Origin: a phage
Length of the DNA: 492 nt
Sequence record: PZ136914.1
Reading direction: 5' to 3' (one strand)
Positions within the stretch are counted from its first letter, which is position 1. The number at the start of each line of letters is the position of its first letter. The notes below the pieces were generated by a model. That model saw nothing but the letters and a program-made list of their open reading frames with translations, made no database searches and was not told where the DNA came from. The position numbers were made by a program, and so were the translations under genes. Below are positions 1-492 of the stretch, one piece after another.

Positions 1-492
1 ATGCGATTCAGTGACAACGGTCTGAGATTCACGGCAGCCTGGGAGGCTTTCAGCCCGGTGCCGTATTTCGCGACCAAGAAAGAGCAGGCCCGCGGCCTGT
101 ACACCTGGGGTTATGGTCATACTGGCACTAACCCGCCTCGAAGCATTACCCGTGCGGAAGCGCTGGAACTGCTCAAGCGAGATGTGGCGTATGCCGAGGA
201 CTGGGTGAACAAATACGCACATCCGAGCATTAACCAGGCGCAATTCGACGCGCTGGTGGACCTGGTAATCAATGCCGGTCAAGGTCCGATCGTACCGGAT
301 AACATCGCGAATGATTTCGATGATGCGGTGCGACTGGGCGACTGGGCGAAGGTCCGTGCTACTCTGCCGCAGTTCCGCAAGCAAGGCGGGGAAGTGCTTA
401 AGGGTCTGGTACGCCGTGCAATCGGCAGACAGGCGTTGTTTGATGGTAAGCAGTGGGACGTTGCCGAGAAGATCGGGCGTAACGCTGCATAA
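1..492 (+). CDS. Phage-type lysozyme / endolysin (glycoside hydrolase family 24, T4/P22-lysozyme-like muramidase), soluble form without signal or SAR anchor
   Basis: Complete ORF, ATG 1-3 to TAA 490-492, 163 aa. Family motifs read from the translation: Glu15 in 'AAWEAF' (nt 43-45) as putative catalytic acid; 'GLYTWGYGHTG' (aa 32-42, nt 94-126) matching the GxGHTG-type motif with conserved Thr35; 'NQAQFDALVDLVIN' (aa 78-91) matching the conserved NQxQ[FY]DAL helix; C-terminal 'GGEVLKGLVRRAIGRQALF' (aa 129-147) matching the G-x-x-L-x-G-L-x-x-RR...ALF motif. Size is typical for single-domain endolysins. No hydrophobic N-terminal stretch. No database search was possible. Confidence 0.9.
   Translation: MRFSDNGLRFTAAWEAFSPVPYFATKKEQARGLYTWGYGHTGTNPPRSITRAEALELLKRDVAYAEDWVNKYAHPSINQAQFDALVDLVINAGQGPIVPDNIANDFDDAVRLGDWAKVRATLPQFRKQGGEVLKGLVRRAIGRQALFDGKQWDVAEKIGRNAA
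330..349. repeat. Perfect tandem duplication of the 8-mer gcgactgg (about 2.5 copies: gcgactgg gcgactgg gcga) inside the lysozyme CDS
   Basis: Read directly from nt 330-349; it encodes 'RLGDWA' (aa 111-116). The unit length is not a multiple of 3, so a copy-number change would shift the frame. Confidence 0.6.

Noticed and set aside
1-90. Possible SAR (signal-anchor-release) endolysin or secreted lysozyme
   Set aside because: The N-terminal 30 residues are polar or charged with no hydrophobic TM-like stretch, so nothing supports a signal anchor within the window.
1-492. Lambda R-type lytic transglycosylase rather than a true lysozyme
   Set aside because: The GxGHTG-type motif with Thr, the NQxQFDAL helix and the RR...ALF C-terminal motif match the T4/P22 muramidase pattern better than what I recall of lambda R. 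Enzymatic chemistry cannot be proven from sequence, so this is a preference rather than an exclusion.
1-492. Nested or antisense ORFs, or a spanin gene embedded in or overlapping the lysozyme
   Set aside because: The six-frame track reports no other ORF in any frame, and no ATG or GTG start overlaps the TAA stop at 490-492. A downstream spanin or holin would lie outside the window.
1-492. Promoter, ribosome-binding site or intrinsic terminator
   Set aside because: The window starts at the ATG and ends at the stop codon, so upstream RBS or promoter and downstream terminator positions are not present. No convincing GC-rich hairpin followed by a T-tract was seen inside the CDS.
1-492. RNA genes, CRISPR repeats, or IS/transposon inverted repeats
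   Set aside because: The whole window is taken up by a single protein-coding frame with clear family motifs; no repeat-spacer periodicity, no tRNA-like structure and no terminal inverted repeats were seen.
1-492. Fused effector toxin domain (for example a T6SS lysozyme-like effector) or multi-domain endolysin with a cell-wall-binding module
   Set aside because: At 163 aa with its own start and stop, the protein is the size of a single GH24 catalytic domain, leaving no room for a second domain. A role as a secreted effector cannot be excluded without genomic context, but nothing in the sequence supports it.

Overview
The window is one complete 492-nt ORF (ATG at 1, TAA at 490-492, + strand, 163 aa), with no flanking sequence. 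From the translation I recognise a phage-type lysozyme/endolysin of the T4/P22 lysozyme-like family (glycoside hydrolase family 24): a catalytic Glu in 'AAWEAF', a 'GLYTWGYGHTG' Gly-rich motif carrying the conserved Thr, a 'NQAQFDALVDL' helix and a C-terminal 'GGEVLKGLVRRAIGRQALF' motif. There is no N-terminal signal or SAR hydrophobic segment, so it reads as a soluble, holin-dependent endolysin. GC content is 284/492 = 57.7% by hand count. No RNA gene, CRISPR array, mobile-element end, promoter or terminator is visible, and the six-frame track shows no other ORF. I see no direct evidence of a novel multi-gene system here; whether this enzyme belongs to a prophage lysis cassette, a tailocin cluster or something else depends on flanking DNA outside the window. 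The points worth a second look are an apparently non-canonical catalytic region (no obvious Asp at the usual position), a divergent acidic central segment, a short C-terminal tail, and a perfect 8-bp tandem duplication inside the gene. All homology statements come from reading the motifs and memory of the family, not from a database search.
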